DNA from: Camelus dromedarius
Taxonomy: Eukaryota
DNA length: 64,000 bases
Assembly (NCBI RefSeq): GCF_036321535.1
Contig: NC_087455.1
Span: 10,602,001 to 10,666,000, forward strand
Direction of reading: 5' to 3'
Both the position numbers and the translations under genes were made by a program. The notes beneath the pieces were generated by a model. It was not told the DNA's origin and made no database searches. It worked only from the letters and a program-made list of their open reading frames with translations. Shown in pieces: positions 37,945-49,745 of this stretch (position 1 is its first letter; each line of letters starts with the position of its first letter).

Positions 37945-38170
37945 AGGCCCAGGCTCTGGAATCACAATAGCCTGCTTGCATCCTGCCTCTGTTACTCACT
38001 GCATACACCAGGGGCTTATTTACCATTTTGAAGTGTTGCCTTCCTCCTCAGAAATTAACACCCGCCCTTACTTCATAGGGCTGCTGGGAGGATAAAATGA
38101 GATAATCCAGGCAAAGTGCATGGCAGGTCCCTCACATCCAGAAAGCACTCGATAAACGTTAGTATTACCA
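37945..38170 (+). mobile_element. MIR SINE, near full length
   Basis: cttacttcatagggctgctgggaggataaatgagataatccaggcaaagtgcatggcagg...aagcactcgataaacgttag. Confidence 0.85.
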
Positions 38171-40169
38171 CCACCCTGCTGGCAGCTCAATACGTGCAAG
38201 TTAGCCACAATGATTTCTCAGCAGCCAAGACGGCACCTGCACCACACATATTCCCTGTGCTTCCAGAAGTTCAAAGGAATCTCCCTTCCATTCATTTTTG
38301 AAGCTAGCTACAGATGAGAAGGTAATTCAAGGTACCAAGTATTCCAAGGTCGTGCTTCCTGAGCAGAGAAGTGAGCCGCAGGGAAATGAGGTGTGTGTGT
38401 GTGGGCGCCTTCGAGAGTCTGCAAAGAGGAGCATCCATTCAGTCTGAACCCACCCGGACTTCCTCTCAAACCCTAAGGAGGACATGCCGGGAGCCAGAGG
38501 CAGGCCCGGGTCTTGGCACACCACAGCCGCTCCAGGCTGGATGCCCCCTGCTCCGCATCCTCGCTTCACTGGAGCAGGCGAATCAGAGCCGGCCAACACC
38601 AGCGAGCAAGGGGGCGGGGCTGGGGAGCAGACAGCAGCCACAGATCAGAGAATGGATACTCTCAAGTGTCTGGACTCTGAGAAAATGCAACAGACAAGGA
38701 TGGGGACAAAGCATATTTACTGAACAAAGGAAAGCCCCGGAGAGAATTTCATCAAGCATATCCTGTAACTCCCATGATGGCCCTTGGGGACGGAGGACTT
38801 TTCCCTCACATGACATCTTTAGAAACAGAAATGGTCAAGGTAGGACTCCAGGCCAGGGTTTTCTGACTCCTCCCACTAACACTCTCTGCCAAAGGACAGG
38901 GGTGACATTACAGGAAAGGTCACTTACTACTTCTACATTTCTCTAATGGTTGAGGCCACTTTTCAACAAGCATATGTTAATACAGTCGGGGGTGGGGGTG
39001 GAACCCGAATGTTTCGCTTGGTTCTGTTTCTGAATCCGCACCTGGTTCTGGAATTCACAGATGTCCTTTTCTGGGTGCCAGAGCAGTTCCTGCTGTAGGT
39101 CCAAAAGCACCAAAGAACCGGACCCTAATTTGTCTTTGCATGACAGACATCCCACCCACGCTGAGGGGCAGTCCCACCCTGGACCCGATTCTGGTGGACT
39201 CTGCCCCCGGACAGATAAAGCCTGGGATCTCTGGGCACCAAGAGTCTAGCATATCCAGCCCCCACAGCAGCAAGAGTTACATTAGGGACTCAGTCAGCAG
39301 ACATCACACAAACCTACGGTGGGAAGCAGCAGGCAGACTACCTGGCCCTGCCACCAAAGCCCTGACCTCACGAGCCAGGGCAGGGAGGAAACAAGGCCAT
39401 AGGGATGAGGCAGGACCTGGGCTCTCCCCCGGCTCTGGGAAGGGGCCATGAAACCAAAAGAATCTCTCTGAGACCAAATTTCCTAATCCGTGAAACAGGA
39501 CTGTTACAAGGATGACAGGAGCGAAAGTTCAATGCTTCCCCAAAACTCTTCTACCCCAGGGACCTGCATAACCTGCCGGGGCAGGGAGACACTGGGTGGG
39601 AGAATCTCCCTCTCCTCCTTAACATTTGTTTGATGATAAATGTTTGCACATCCACTGCCCTCCCCCGCAATAAGTGAACCGCACATTTATCCTGAGGCTG
39701 CCATCCCCTGGGCACCAATCAGCAGAAGGGAGTGGTCTGCGCTCACACAGGCCAGAGAGTAACCGGGCAGCACCTGCTGTGGAGTGTCAGTTTCCAAACC
39801 CCCGCCTTTTCCCTCACGGTGATCCCCGGGGTTTGGATTCACCAGGAAGCAGCACAAGGTGATGCCATAGGGAGCAGGGGATGGGTGACCTAGGACCTCT
39901 GGCACATTGACCTCGGAAGAGATGCCCCCATAAGGGACAACAGCCCAGACCACTCGAGTCTCAGGTCTCAGGACTCCCCAGTTCCCATCTCCACTCCCCT
40001 CAAGGGTCCCAAGCCCCGCAGCATATCTGCATGAACAATGAGACTGGTGGCCTCAAACGCAGGCCTCCAAGTTCATTTCTCACCTGGAGCCAACGTCAGC
40101 CCAGAGGGCATTACCATCCCAAAGGCCCGGCCTTTGTCAGAGAAGGGAAGGAGAGGGGATGGAAATGCA

Positions 40170-40650
40170 GGGAGGCAAGTGCTGGCTCAGCACTGCCCTC
40201 CCCGCGAGCATCCTCCGGGAGCGCTCACTGTTATCCCAGCCAGGTGTCTGTGCCTGGCGACCCCAGGATGCAGCAAAGGAATGTACACGTCCAGAGCAGA
40301 GATAACGCCCCCCACAAATTCCTCACCTCCCACCCCTCTACCTGGGGGAGGCGAGGGAGGGGGGGCTCCAGGCAGAGGGGCTGATGGGTTGGCTTTGCAT
40401 ATAAAAGAGCTGCCAGACTGCAGCCTCGGCCCCCTCCTCCCTCCCTGCGAGTGAGCTTCTCTGGATTCATCCTCCTGGAAGACTTGACCTTGGCTGAGGC
40501 CAAGCACAAGCCCGGGCTGCATCCCCAGGCCACTCCCTGCATTCTGGGCCGCAGGCAGCTCTGGAGCAAGGCAGAGGAGGGCATCTGAGGCCAGCGGAGC
40601 CAGGCCCTGGGCAAACCCACTCGGGAGAGTCTCACTATTCAGGTGAGCAG
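40170..40650 (+). promoter_or_regulatory. Candidate TATA-containing Pol II promoter and non-coding first exon (gene unidentified)
   Basis: TATAAAAG at 40400-40407; TGCTGGCTCAGCA at 40180-40192 (12/13 T-MARE); AGATAA at 40300-40305; CCCACCC and G-rich boxes at 40329-40366; no ATG in 40401-40642; donor CAG|GTGAGC at 40642/40643. Confidence 0.55.
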
Positions 40651-41508
40651 TCCACACTCGGCCCAGGTACCTACCAGGTCCAGGTGATAACAACAGGGAG
40701 GTGTTTAATGTCATCCTCTACAGTGAGTTCGACCCTTACACACACACACACGCAGAGCATTAGTGCGAAACCCCTCACAGCCATAATATGCCTTCTGCTA
40801 AAATAACCCCACTGAAGGAAGGCCCAGTGCCTGCACTCCAAGAGTGGAAGAGCCGGGGCCAGGGTCACCTCCATCCAGCCCCCACTGCTGCCTGACGTCC
40901 CATTCCTGGGGGGCAGGGCAGGAAAGACGACAAGGTATCGGGGCACCGGCTGCATGCCCTGCACAGGCAGCTCAGAAGGGCTCTGTCAGCAGCAGCTGGG
41001 ACGTGTGTCCAGGAAAGACTGAGAAGGTGCGGGGCCCTGAGCCCAGGCAGAGCTAGCAGGTTGGACAGATGGGTTCATCCCTTGGGGTTAATGTACATCT
41101 GCCAAGTGCCTCCGAGATGCTTAAAGAAATAAACTTCAACAGACCGGCGATTAAAAGTGAAAACAGCAGGGCAGGAGGGGGAGGGGTCCCTCCCAGCACC
41201 CAGTGCACCCTTATGCCGTTCTTCCCAGCCTGCCAGAGCCAAAGGCAGGGCTGTCAGAGGGAGAGGTAATGAGCAATTGGCGTTTACACAAGAATCTTTA
41301 TCACACAGATCTCAGAACACCTGGTTTACTCAAACCTTTCCTGCCAGGTCACCATGCAGGCCTCGGGGGACCCAGTCACCGATGACCACACCCAAACACA
41401 GGTCTGCCGATGCCACACCCGAAAGGACATTTCCCTGGGACAGTCTCCAGTTCCCACCCCCGATGATGCAGGAAACAAAATGTGACCATCAAAGGCTTCA
41501 TGAACCGC

Positions 41509-41965
41509 TGCGTTAGCTTCCAAGGGCTGTCAGAACAAATTACCACAAGATCAGTGCCTTAAATGTACACGAATCAACTGTCCTACAGTTTTGGAGGTGA
41601 AAAGTCCAAAGAGGTCTCCCTGGGTTGTCAGCAGGGCGACATTCCTTCCTGGCTCTGAGGGACTCCTGATTCCTCGCCTTTCCAACTTCTGGAGGTCGCT
41701 CGTATCCCTTGGCTGACGGCCCCTTCCTCCATCTTCAAAGCAGCAATGTTACTTCTCACATCACATCACTCTGATCTCCTCTTCTGCCTCCCTCCTCCAC
41801 TTCTAAGGACCCTTGGGATGACACTGGACCCACAGGACAATGCAGGATCATCTCCTTATATTAAGGTCAGCCTGCATTCCACCTGCAGTCTTAACACCCC
41901 TCGGCCACATAACATGATATTCACAAGTTCCAAGGATTCAGATGTGAACATCTCCAAGATGGGTA
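41509..41965 (-). mobile_element. MLT1 (MLT1C/D-like) MaLR LTR
   Basis: gcgttagcttccaagggctgtcagaacaaattaccacaaga...ggccccttcctccatcttcaaagcagcaatg...ccacttctaaggacccttgggatgacactggacccac. Confidence 0.9.
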
Positions 41966-44399
41966 CCGTGTCCAGACTCACAGGGCAGGGGGCTGGCAGC
42001 GCCGCAAAGAGGTGGTAGGCTCTCTCCCCTCCACCAGGAGGCTTCCCTGATCCCTGCCCACCCAGGAACCAAGCGTTCCGACTCACACAGACGTTACCTG
42101 ACCCACCACGGAGACTTCCTCTCCCCCCACCCCCACCCTCTAGCTTTCCCTGCGAGCAGGATGGGTCCTGGACTGGTGAAACCAGCGTTCTCAGTTCCTT
42201 TCATGCCTCAGCTTGTGATCAAAGAAGCTTCTTTCTCGTTTCACGGCTGGCCTGGGGAAGCCACGCCAGGTACAGGGTGGAGCCAAGCAGAGGGCACAGC
42301 TGGCTGTCACTCGGCACTCACCTGGAAGCCAGGCTCAACCTTTCCCTTAGATCCCGATCTGTCCTCACTGAGCCAGAATAACCCAGAGTGACTGGGGCCA
42401 GCAGGGCACAGGGGCAAGGTCTGGCCAAGCCAGCCAACCTTTGCTCTGCTCGCTCAGACTCCAAAGCCAAGCCCTGGCCACAGGTTTGTCAAGGGTTCTG
42501 GTCAAGTTCAGGGTCAGCCACGTCCACGCAAGTCATTTCGCCACTCTGGGCATCCACTTCCAAGCACTGCACGTGGGGGCTGAGGGACCACACACGATGC
42601 AATAAGAGACAAGGGTCCTGCCCTCAGAAAGACTCGAATCTACGGGAGAAGCAGATGTTAAACAAATGTTCCTCAGAGCATCCACTAAGTTAGAAACTGC
42701 TGCTTTGCTGTGAAGGAGCAGCCTGCCCCACCCCCTCTAGCAGTTAATCTGGGGGTTTCAGGTGGAGGTCTCCAAAGAGCTGGCATTTACAATGACACCA
42801 GAAAGTTAGCAGGAATTTTTTATTTTGCTTATGAGGAAAGGAAGGAAGACAGAAGGGAGAACCTCCCTGGCAAATACCACTTCGGGAGGAATATTTAAAA
42901 CTGGCAACAGCCCAGGTTAATGAGACAGCCCCCCCACCGCATTCACTTGCAAAGCATGACTTGGCCACCACAATCAGATGCAGATTTGTAACTACATGTA
43001 CCCCATAAAAAAAACAGAGGCATCGTTTCCTGGAAGGGCATGCCTAACAATGAGTCCAGTGGGACTCGCTGGTCCCCCATCTGCAAAATCCACAGGTTAA
43101 TCCAGATAGAGCTTACCGATCCATGAGAAAAAATGTGCTCGACACGCCAAAGGAAATGAGCACTTGACAAAACACAAACAGGCAATACACGTGAAAAGCT
43201 GGTCGGTCACAGCAGGCGTCCAAGAAAAGCAGAGAGAGAGTGTGGTTTTGTTGAGGAGGGGCTTCTCCGGGGGTCTGCCCATCACACAGCTCCACGCCTG
43301 CTGTAGGGTTTCCGGCGTGAGTTAAGATGCTCACTTTCCGGAAGCCTCCGCAACCCCTCGCATTGTCCGTGGAGGGGTGACAGGGGAAGGCCACCTGGAA
43401 AGTGATGACAGAATCTATAGAGGCTCTAGGAAACTCCTCAGACCTCTATGGGGGGCTCTGCTGGAAGAACGCAGAGATGTGTGAAAAGGTCCGCGAGTGA
43501 CAACAGGCAAGGCAGAAGGAAGCCTGGATGCCCAGCGGTGGTGACATGGCTAAAGAGGCCAAGGACAGCGAGGCCGGCAGCCCGGGCTGTGCCGTCCTAG
43601 GTGGGCCCCTCCCCCGAGGCACACCTTCTTCAGTGTTCCTTCACGTCAGCCCCCAGGGGAAAGGCTCTGATTATCCTCATTTTACAGAGGAAAACGGGTA
43701 ACAGAGTACCTTTCTTGTACAGGTGCATGACGACATACGGGAACGTCACTCAGAACAAGTTTTGAAAACACTGAATGACACCGGGAAATGGTCAGGATAT
43801 AACGGTCGGTGACCAAAGTCAAGATACAAGATCACAAAAGAGCCAGGTATTGAGAGGAGCAACCGCGGAGCATCACCTGTATTTTCCAGCCCTGTGACCA
43901 ATAAGCATGCCCGGGAGAGAAGAGTGGTTTGTGTGCCTGTTAATTTCCCCTCAATTCCGTGACTGGGCCGGAGTGACGGTGGGAGACTCAGAACTAGTCT
44001 AACCAGGGCACAGCCCACCTCAACCCACCGGGGAATGTGTCTCTCAGGGCAGCTACTTCCTCACCAGGCCAAAGACGAGAACTGCGGACAGAGACACGGA
44101 TGCAAAGGGAGCTCACTTCTTGAAAGAACAGCAAAGGAAGGCAATGCACCAAGAATGCGCTGTCCCAGGCACTGGGACGACGAGGCAACAGAGGGTGAAC
44201 AAACGTGTGCAGGGGGTCTCCAGCCTGGGTCCTTCCACGACTTACAGCCCTATCAACACACGGCAAGGTCTTGGGACCCCCATGCTCACCCCTGACTCCT
44301 CTCTCTGGCCCGTACAGGCCTCGAGGCCCAAGTCATCCTCTGAGACTCAATTCAAGCAGTTCTTCAGCAAAACCGTCCCTCGGTCACCCCGGCCGAAGC

Positions 44400-44625
44400 C
44401 TCACTCCCCTCCATGCCCCAGGGTGCCCCTGTTAATACTTCTGTTACAGCGCCCACCGTATTGTGCTGTAGTGACTCATACATATTCAGGACTTCCCACC
44501 AGAACACGGCCCCCTTCCGAACAGCGACCTTGCTGGCTCTTATCCATCTGTGCATCTCCAGAGCCAGGCACAGTGCCCAGTGCACTGTAGGCAGACAATG
44601 ACTATTAGATGGCTGAGGGGTTAGG
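44400..44625 (+). mobile_element. L2 3' end fragment
   Basis: cttatccatctgtgcatctccagagccaggcacagtgcccagtgcactgtaggcagacaatg. Confidence 0.65.
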
Positions 44626-45619
44626 AGGAAGGGTGGCTGGGTAGAGTGAAATACACAGGGATGACCGGAAGAGAAAAACGCATGGAAGGGCAGGAGGAAG
44701 CATAGAAACATAGGTGGGAGAACAGATGGAAGCACAGGAGAAAGGAGAGACAGAGGTGAAACCGTGAGAAAGAGGGGAAGTGAGAGGTTCCCAAGCAACG
44801 TGACAGCAGCAGACAGAGTGGCATGTCCAGGGTGACATCCCGAAGTTCACATCCTGATGGCAGACCATTAACAGCCATCGACACGTTTCAGTGGGAAGGG
44901 CACTCTGCAGGGAGCTTGCGCACAGCAGGAGAGGGAGAGACACTGCCACATGGGAGGTGATCAGCTCCACAGCAGAGTAAGAACTCACCCACCAGCAGGG
45001 GGTTATCAGCCCCTCTTCTCTGCAAGACTACTCAGCCGGCAACCAGCCTGGTGAGTACCTGCGGTTCTCCCCCAGCTCCCAAGCCCTCAGAAACCCTTTT
45101 CCTGAATGCCCCTATCTGGGATGCCAGTCCTCTCCCTGCCTCCTGAAGGCACCTTCGGGAGCAGCCTGCTCCTGGTCCCATACCACACCCGGGAATCAGT
45201 TCTTCCAGGAGAAGCCTGGGGTCCTGCAACACCACTTCCACTGCCAAAACCCGCTCCCCTTCTCTCTGCCTGGTGGTTCTGGTAAGTCGCCCTGCCCAGA
45301 TGCGCACACACCGTTCCCCGCAGCCCCTGGGGCACCACCAGTTCCCGTCACTGCTGGCACCTGCCAGCCAGTCACGGGGCCCGGAGTGAAAGGAGGTGTT
45401 TGTGGGATTTATGTCACCCATCGGCTTGTAGGGCGGGGCTCACCACACCCAGATAATACCAGCTTAGGGAGAGGGAGATGACACATGGAGGGAGGGAAGA
45501 GAAAGCCATCTCCCCTCAGGACTCGTGACTCAGCTTCTCTGACTTGTAGGGACAAAGAACGAAAAGACAGCTGAGGGCCTCCCATGTACCAGGCACTTGG
45601 TATGTGAGAGTGTCTCTCA

Positions 45620-45750
45620 ACAACCTTGACCTTGGTGCAATCACATCCACCCTACAGATAAGGAAACTGAGGCTGGGCAGGCGAAATAAAAAGCAGGCCC
45701 AAGAGTAACCCCAGATGACTCCACGGCCCAGATCTGACTTGGCCCAGATT
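45620..45750 (-). mobile_element. MIR fragment
   Basis: atccaccctacagataaggaaactgaggctgggcagg. Confidence 0.65.
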
Positions 45751-45959
45751 CCTCCCAGTTCAGCACTGCCTGTTGGCTCGAGCCAGACCGAAAGCACAAA
45801 GAATGCTGAGCAGGATCCAGTGGAGAATTAGCCCTGTGTGGACAGCCCACAAGCCAGCAATGCACATTTCTATCCCAGCCTCAGAGCTTCTTGGGTACCA
45901 CCACTGGCACTACACTGGCCACTGAGTTACCGGGAGAAGCAGGCCAGGCTAGGAAGAGG

Positions 45960-46170
45960 AAAGCAAGCTCAGACGACAGAGGCTGGAGCTCAAATTCTGA
46001 CTCCGCCGCTGTGCGACCCTGACAAGTTGTTTAACCTACATGCCGGTCCTCAGCAAAGAGTCTGTACCATCATGCCAGCATGGGTTGGCCATCTAGGAAA
46101 TGATGGTTCTTAGCCTTTCTTCCGCCCTCTAATGAGATAAGAACCCACACTTAGTCACTCTGTATGTTCT
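45960..46170 (+). mobile_element. MIR fragment
   Basis: ggagctcaaattctgactccgccgctgtgcgaccctgacaagttgtttaacct. Confidence 0.65.
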
Positions 46171-49100
46171 AAGAATGCAAGAAATACAGTTAGGGAGTGG
46201 GACAGCCAAGACAGCTACCGGCTGCCCAAAATGAGGCAGCCACCCAGCCACACACAAGCCTGATAACATTGGGAGGGGAAAAAAAAAAAAAGCTCAGGTT
46301 TCCTCTCATTTAAAAGTGTTATTAAAAATGAATCTTCATATGTAGTACATAAGAGAAAGAGACAGGAGTGGTGGGAAAGGACACAGTGGCTCAAGGTCAC
46401 AGAAATCCTCTACATCAGACTGCTGAAATTCACATGATATTGATCACCTTCTGTGGCTCCAGAAACCATTGTGTCAACGCCATTGCCCTACAGAAAACAA
46501 CCCTGAAATCAAGACCAGAAGCCCCACTTCAATATCTGGCCTTCTTGCCAAAACACCTGTCTGTCTTCAAAAGCGTCCATTTCAACACAGGTTCCATCTC
46601 GCTCACGCACCTGCTGCAGGAGAGGACCTCGAGTTAACAGAGGCCTCACGGCCACCTTGTTGGCTTGAGCCTTCTGGGGTTTCCACCCTGCAGAGGTAGT
46701 AACTGAACTCAGAACCCTGGGGCCTGTATCGGCAGCTCCGACCAGCTCCAGCCACCCACCCCGAGGGAAGCCAGAAACCCTAGTTTTTACTCGAAGCAGA
46801 TGGACTGTTTTCCTGAGTGATTTCAAGCACAGCCCCAACAAAATCCTCTCCCTGTGGCCCACTCACCCTTGAGCATCCTCACTGGCAGAGACCACCAAGG
46901 GCAGGAAGCCTGGAAGGCCTGATCTGCATTCCAGGGGCTGACCTGAAAGGGGTTCTCCACCTCACCTGGGGAGCTCCTTGCAAATGCAGATTCCAATCCC
47001 CTCACCCCCATGCAGATGTCCTTCCCGGACCTCCTCTCCTCCAAGCAAAAGGGAGGGGTGGGTTTAGACACCCTGGTCTAGCCCAACTTCCCCTCTTTGT
47101 GTAAGAGATAACTGAGACCAACAGAAATAAAATGACCCCCCCAAAGCCTCCTGACTAAAGAGGGGGTACACCTGGAACCAGATCCTTAAGGGGCTTCTCT
47201 TAGGCCTGAGACACCTCCCCAGCACCCTCCTCAACAAAGATTTCCCCTAAGAGTCAAGGAGCTCCCCAACTTCCTTACCCAGTGCCCTCCCCCGTGCCCC
47301 AACTCCGCCCAGACACAGACCCTTGGGAGTCTTCACTGTCAAGGCCTCCAGCTGCTCTCTCCGTCCCTGTGGATGGAGTCCACGCCCCAGTTTGCCCCAG
47401 CGACAGCAGGACTCCAAATGCCACTTTAGTTTTCTCTTAATAGTGGCTTCCTGCGCTGCTGACAGCTGTCTTCTGTGGGGGGAAGGCCCCAGCAGGCAAG
47501 CGGCAAAGGGAAGAAGAAAGAAAAGAGAGAATGAAACGAGCACACAAACAAATGAACTTGACTCAGGGAGTCTAATACAGCCCTGAGGTCTGGGGTCAAA
47601 TTCCAGACACACCATTTTCTAGCTCAGTGATCCCGAGCAAGTGTCTCCTCCCACTAAACCCTCAGTTGCTTCCACCAGGAAATGGGTATAAGGACAGGGC
47701 CTCCAGTCTCTGGGTCAGGACAGGAATGGACTGCACACAGCCCAGGCAGTGCCAATGCATAGACATTACTGTCACACCTGCTCCCTTGCAGTAACGGGGC
47801 GGGTGTTCAAGGGAGATTTGTGTACTCCTCTGGTGGCCAGGGCAGGACATGAGACCCGGCCTCTTCCTCCAGGATCTTCCTGGTTCACTCCTGCCTCGGC
47901 TTGCTTCATCTGCCCACACTTCTTTCCCAGAACTCAGCTCCTGATGGGAGTTAAACTCTTGGATTCTGGGTCTCAAAGGTGCACAGCTAATCCTATGAAG
48001 TTGACTCAGGCCAGGCCTGTAAGATGATCGGGGGCAGGAGACCTCGAGGGTGGCCAGCAGCACAAAGGGTCAAAGGCCAAATCAGGCCCTGGAGGGTCCC
48101 ACAAAGGACTTGCTGTGGAGGACAGGGCTGCTGGGGTGACTCAGAGGCCACACAGCAGAGCCATGACTCAGCTCAGTGCAGAGCTGGGCTGGCTCAGCAC
48201 CCTAGGGCCGCTTCCAGAAGCAAAGGGTCCCGTGCCAGGCAGGCCAGGCACGAGTCAGCCCCAAGGAATGCCCCCGCCCGCCTGCCTGTGCCCACGGCCA
48301 GCAACTCACGCAGCTGGCATGCTGGGGCCACCACGTGCTCCGATTGTCCGGTCACTGCGCCAGGGTAAACAGGCGGGAATGGGAGCCCCGCTTCCCGGCC
48401 GCAGGGTGAGGTCATGCCTGCACAGGGCAACTGGGATCGGAGGAGGGTAGATAGTGAGGGGCAGGAAATGGCCAGGATGCCAGTTCATCGGCTTCTGGGG
48501 CTGGGGAGCCAGGAGCCAGGGAGAGAAATGCCAGGCTTATGGGACAGACAAGGACAGGGCTGGAGCACGTCCCTGGGAGACAGTGACAACCAGTGGGATC
48601 AATTATTCTGTATGGTGTTCAGAGGCTTAAATAGCAGCCTGCCCCTCCCTCCCTCCGTGGAGCCCCTCTTGTCCCCTTCCTCCTCCCTGGGTTCTCTCCC
48701 TCCCTCCCTCCCTTTCATTTTTAGACAGTTCGCTCACAAGCACTTCCCCTAGAGAAAGCCTCTGCCACAACCAGCAGCCCCTCCGACTCACCACAGGGAC
48801 GCCCCTGCAGCCCCCTTTAGGTGAACCTGAGCCTCCACCAGCAGAATCCCTCACGCTCCACTTTCCCCTCAAAATCCTATGTCGCTCCTGGGCCACCTCT
48901 TCCAGGCAGCCTTCCAGAGACCCTCAAAGCCAATCCCTCCCTTTCCCTACCTGTTCTCCAACTAGACACCGACTCTCTTTCTCATTCTCAGTAATGCTCT
49001 GTGTTTCCACCGTTGCTTATTCTTAAACACATTCCATCTGGCCTCCTCGCCTGGAGCCCAGGTCCCTCAGGACCCGCTCTCCTTCCACTGTGTACTTCTA

Positions 49101-49459
49101 GGCTCTGGCCACAGACGACCTTGCCCACAATAGATGTTCGATAACCTTATGCCGCCAGATCTTTCCGATCGGAAATCTGGACATCATGAGAGAGAACCCA
49201 GTCATTCTCCCAGCAGCCCTACACCCGCCCAAGTCCCACTCGGCCACTGCTTACTAAGCTCCTCCTCCACTCACTGGGCACTCACCGCCCCAGACGCCAC
49301 AGAAGAAGAAAGAACCAAGACTCAGCAGTCTGGCCTTCAGGGGCCCCACTGTTGAAGGAGAGCCAGCAAAGTCACCCCAACAAGCCGTTACACGTGGCAA
49401 GAGCTTTCAGGCCAGCTGCTCTGGGGTCGGGAGGGAGGAGGAGCCAGGGCAGGCTTCAC

Positions 49460-49745
49460 TAATAGTAATAAAGCTCTGACGACATCAGCTTGTGTTCACT
49501 GAGCCCTCAGTTTGTGCCGAGGGCTTTACCTCCCGTAACTCTCACAGCAGCCTTGCTGGGGACCAGGCACTGCACTGTGCACCTTATATACTTCAACCCA
49601 CTGAAAACCCCAGCCCTCTGAGACAGAGACTTACTTTACGACTCCCTATTTCACAGGTGAGAACGCTGAAGCCCAGAGAGGTGAATATTGCATTGGAGAT
49701 CACACAGCCGGACTTAAACCAGCAGGCTAGCCCCAGAGTCTGTGC
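49460..49745 (-). mobile_element. MIR (probably two adjacent fragments)
   Basis: cctatttcacaggtgagaacgctgaagcccagagaggtgaa...ggagatcacacagc. Confidence 0.7.

Noticed and set aside
43417-43449. Small hairpin (ATAGAGG...CCTCTAT)
   Set aside because: Too short for a pre-miRNA and of a size expected by chance. I recognised no known mature miRNA sequence anywhere in the window.
44660-44790. Long purine-rich tract (minus-strand polypyrimidine)
   Set aside because: Low-complexity GA-rich sequence with no well-placed AG and exon.
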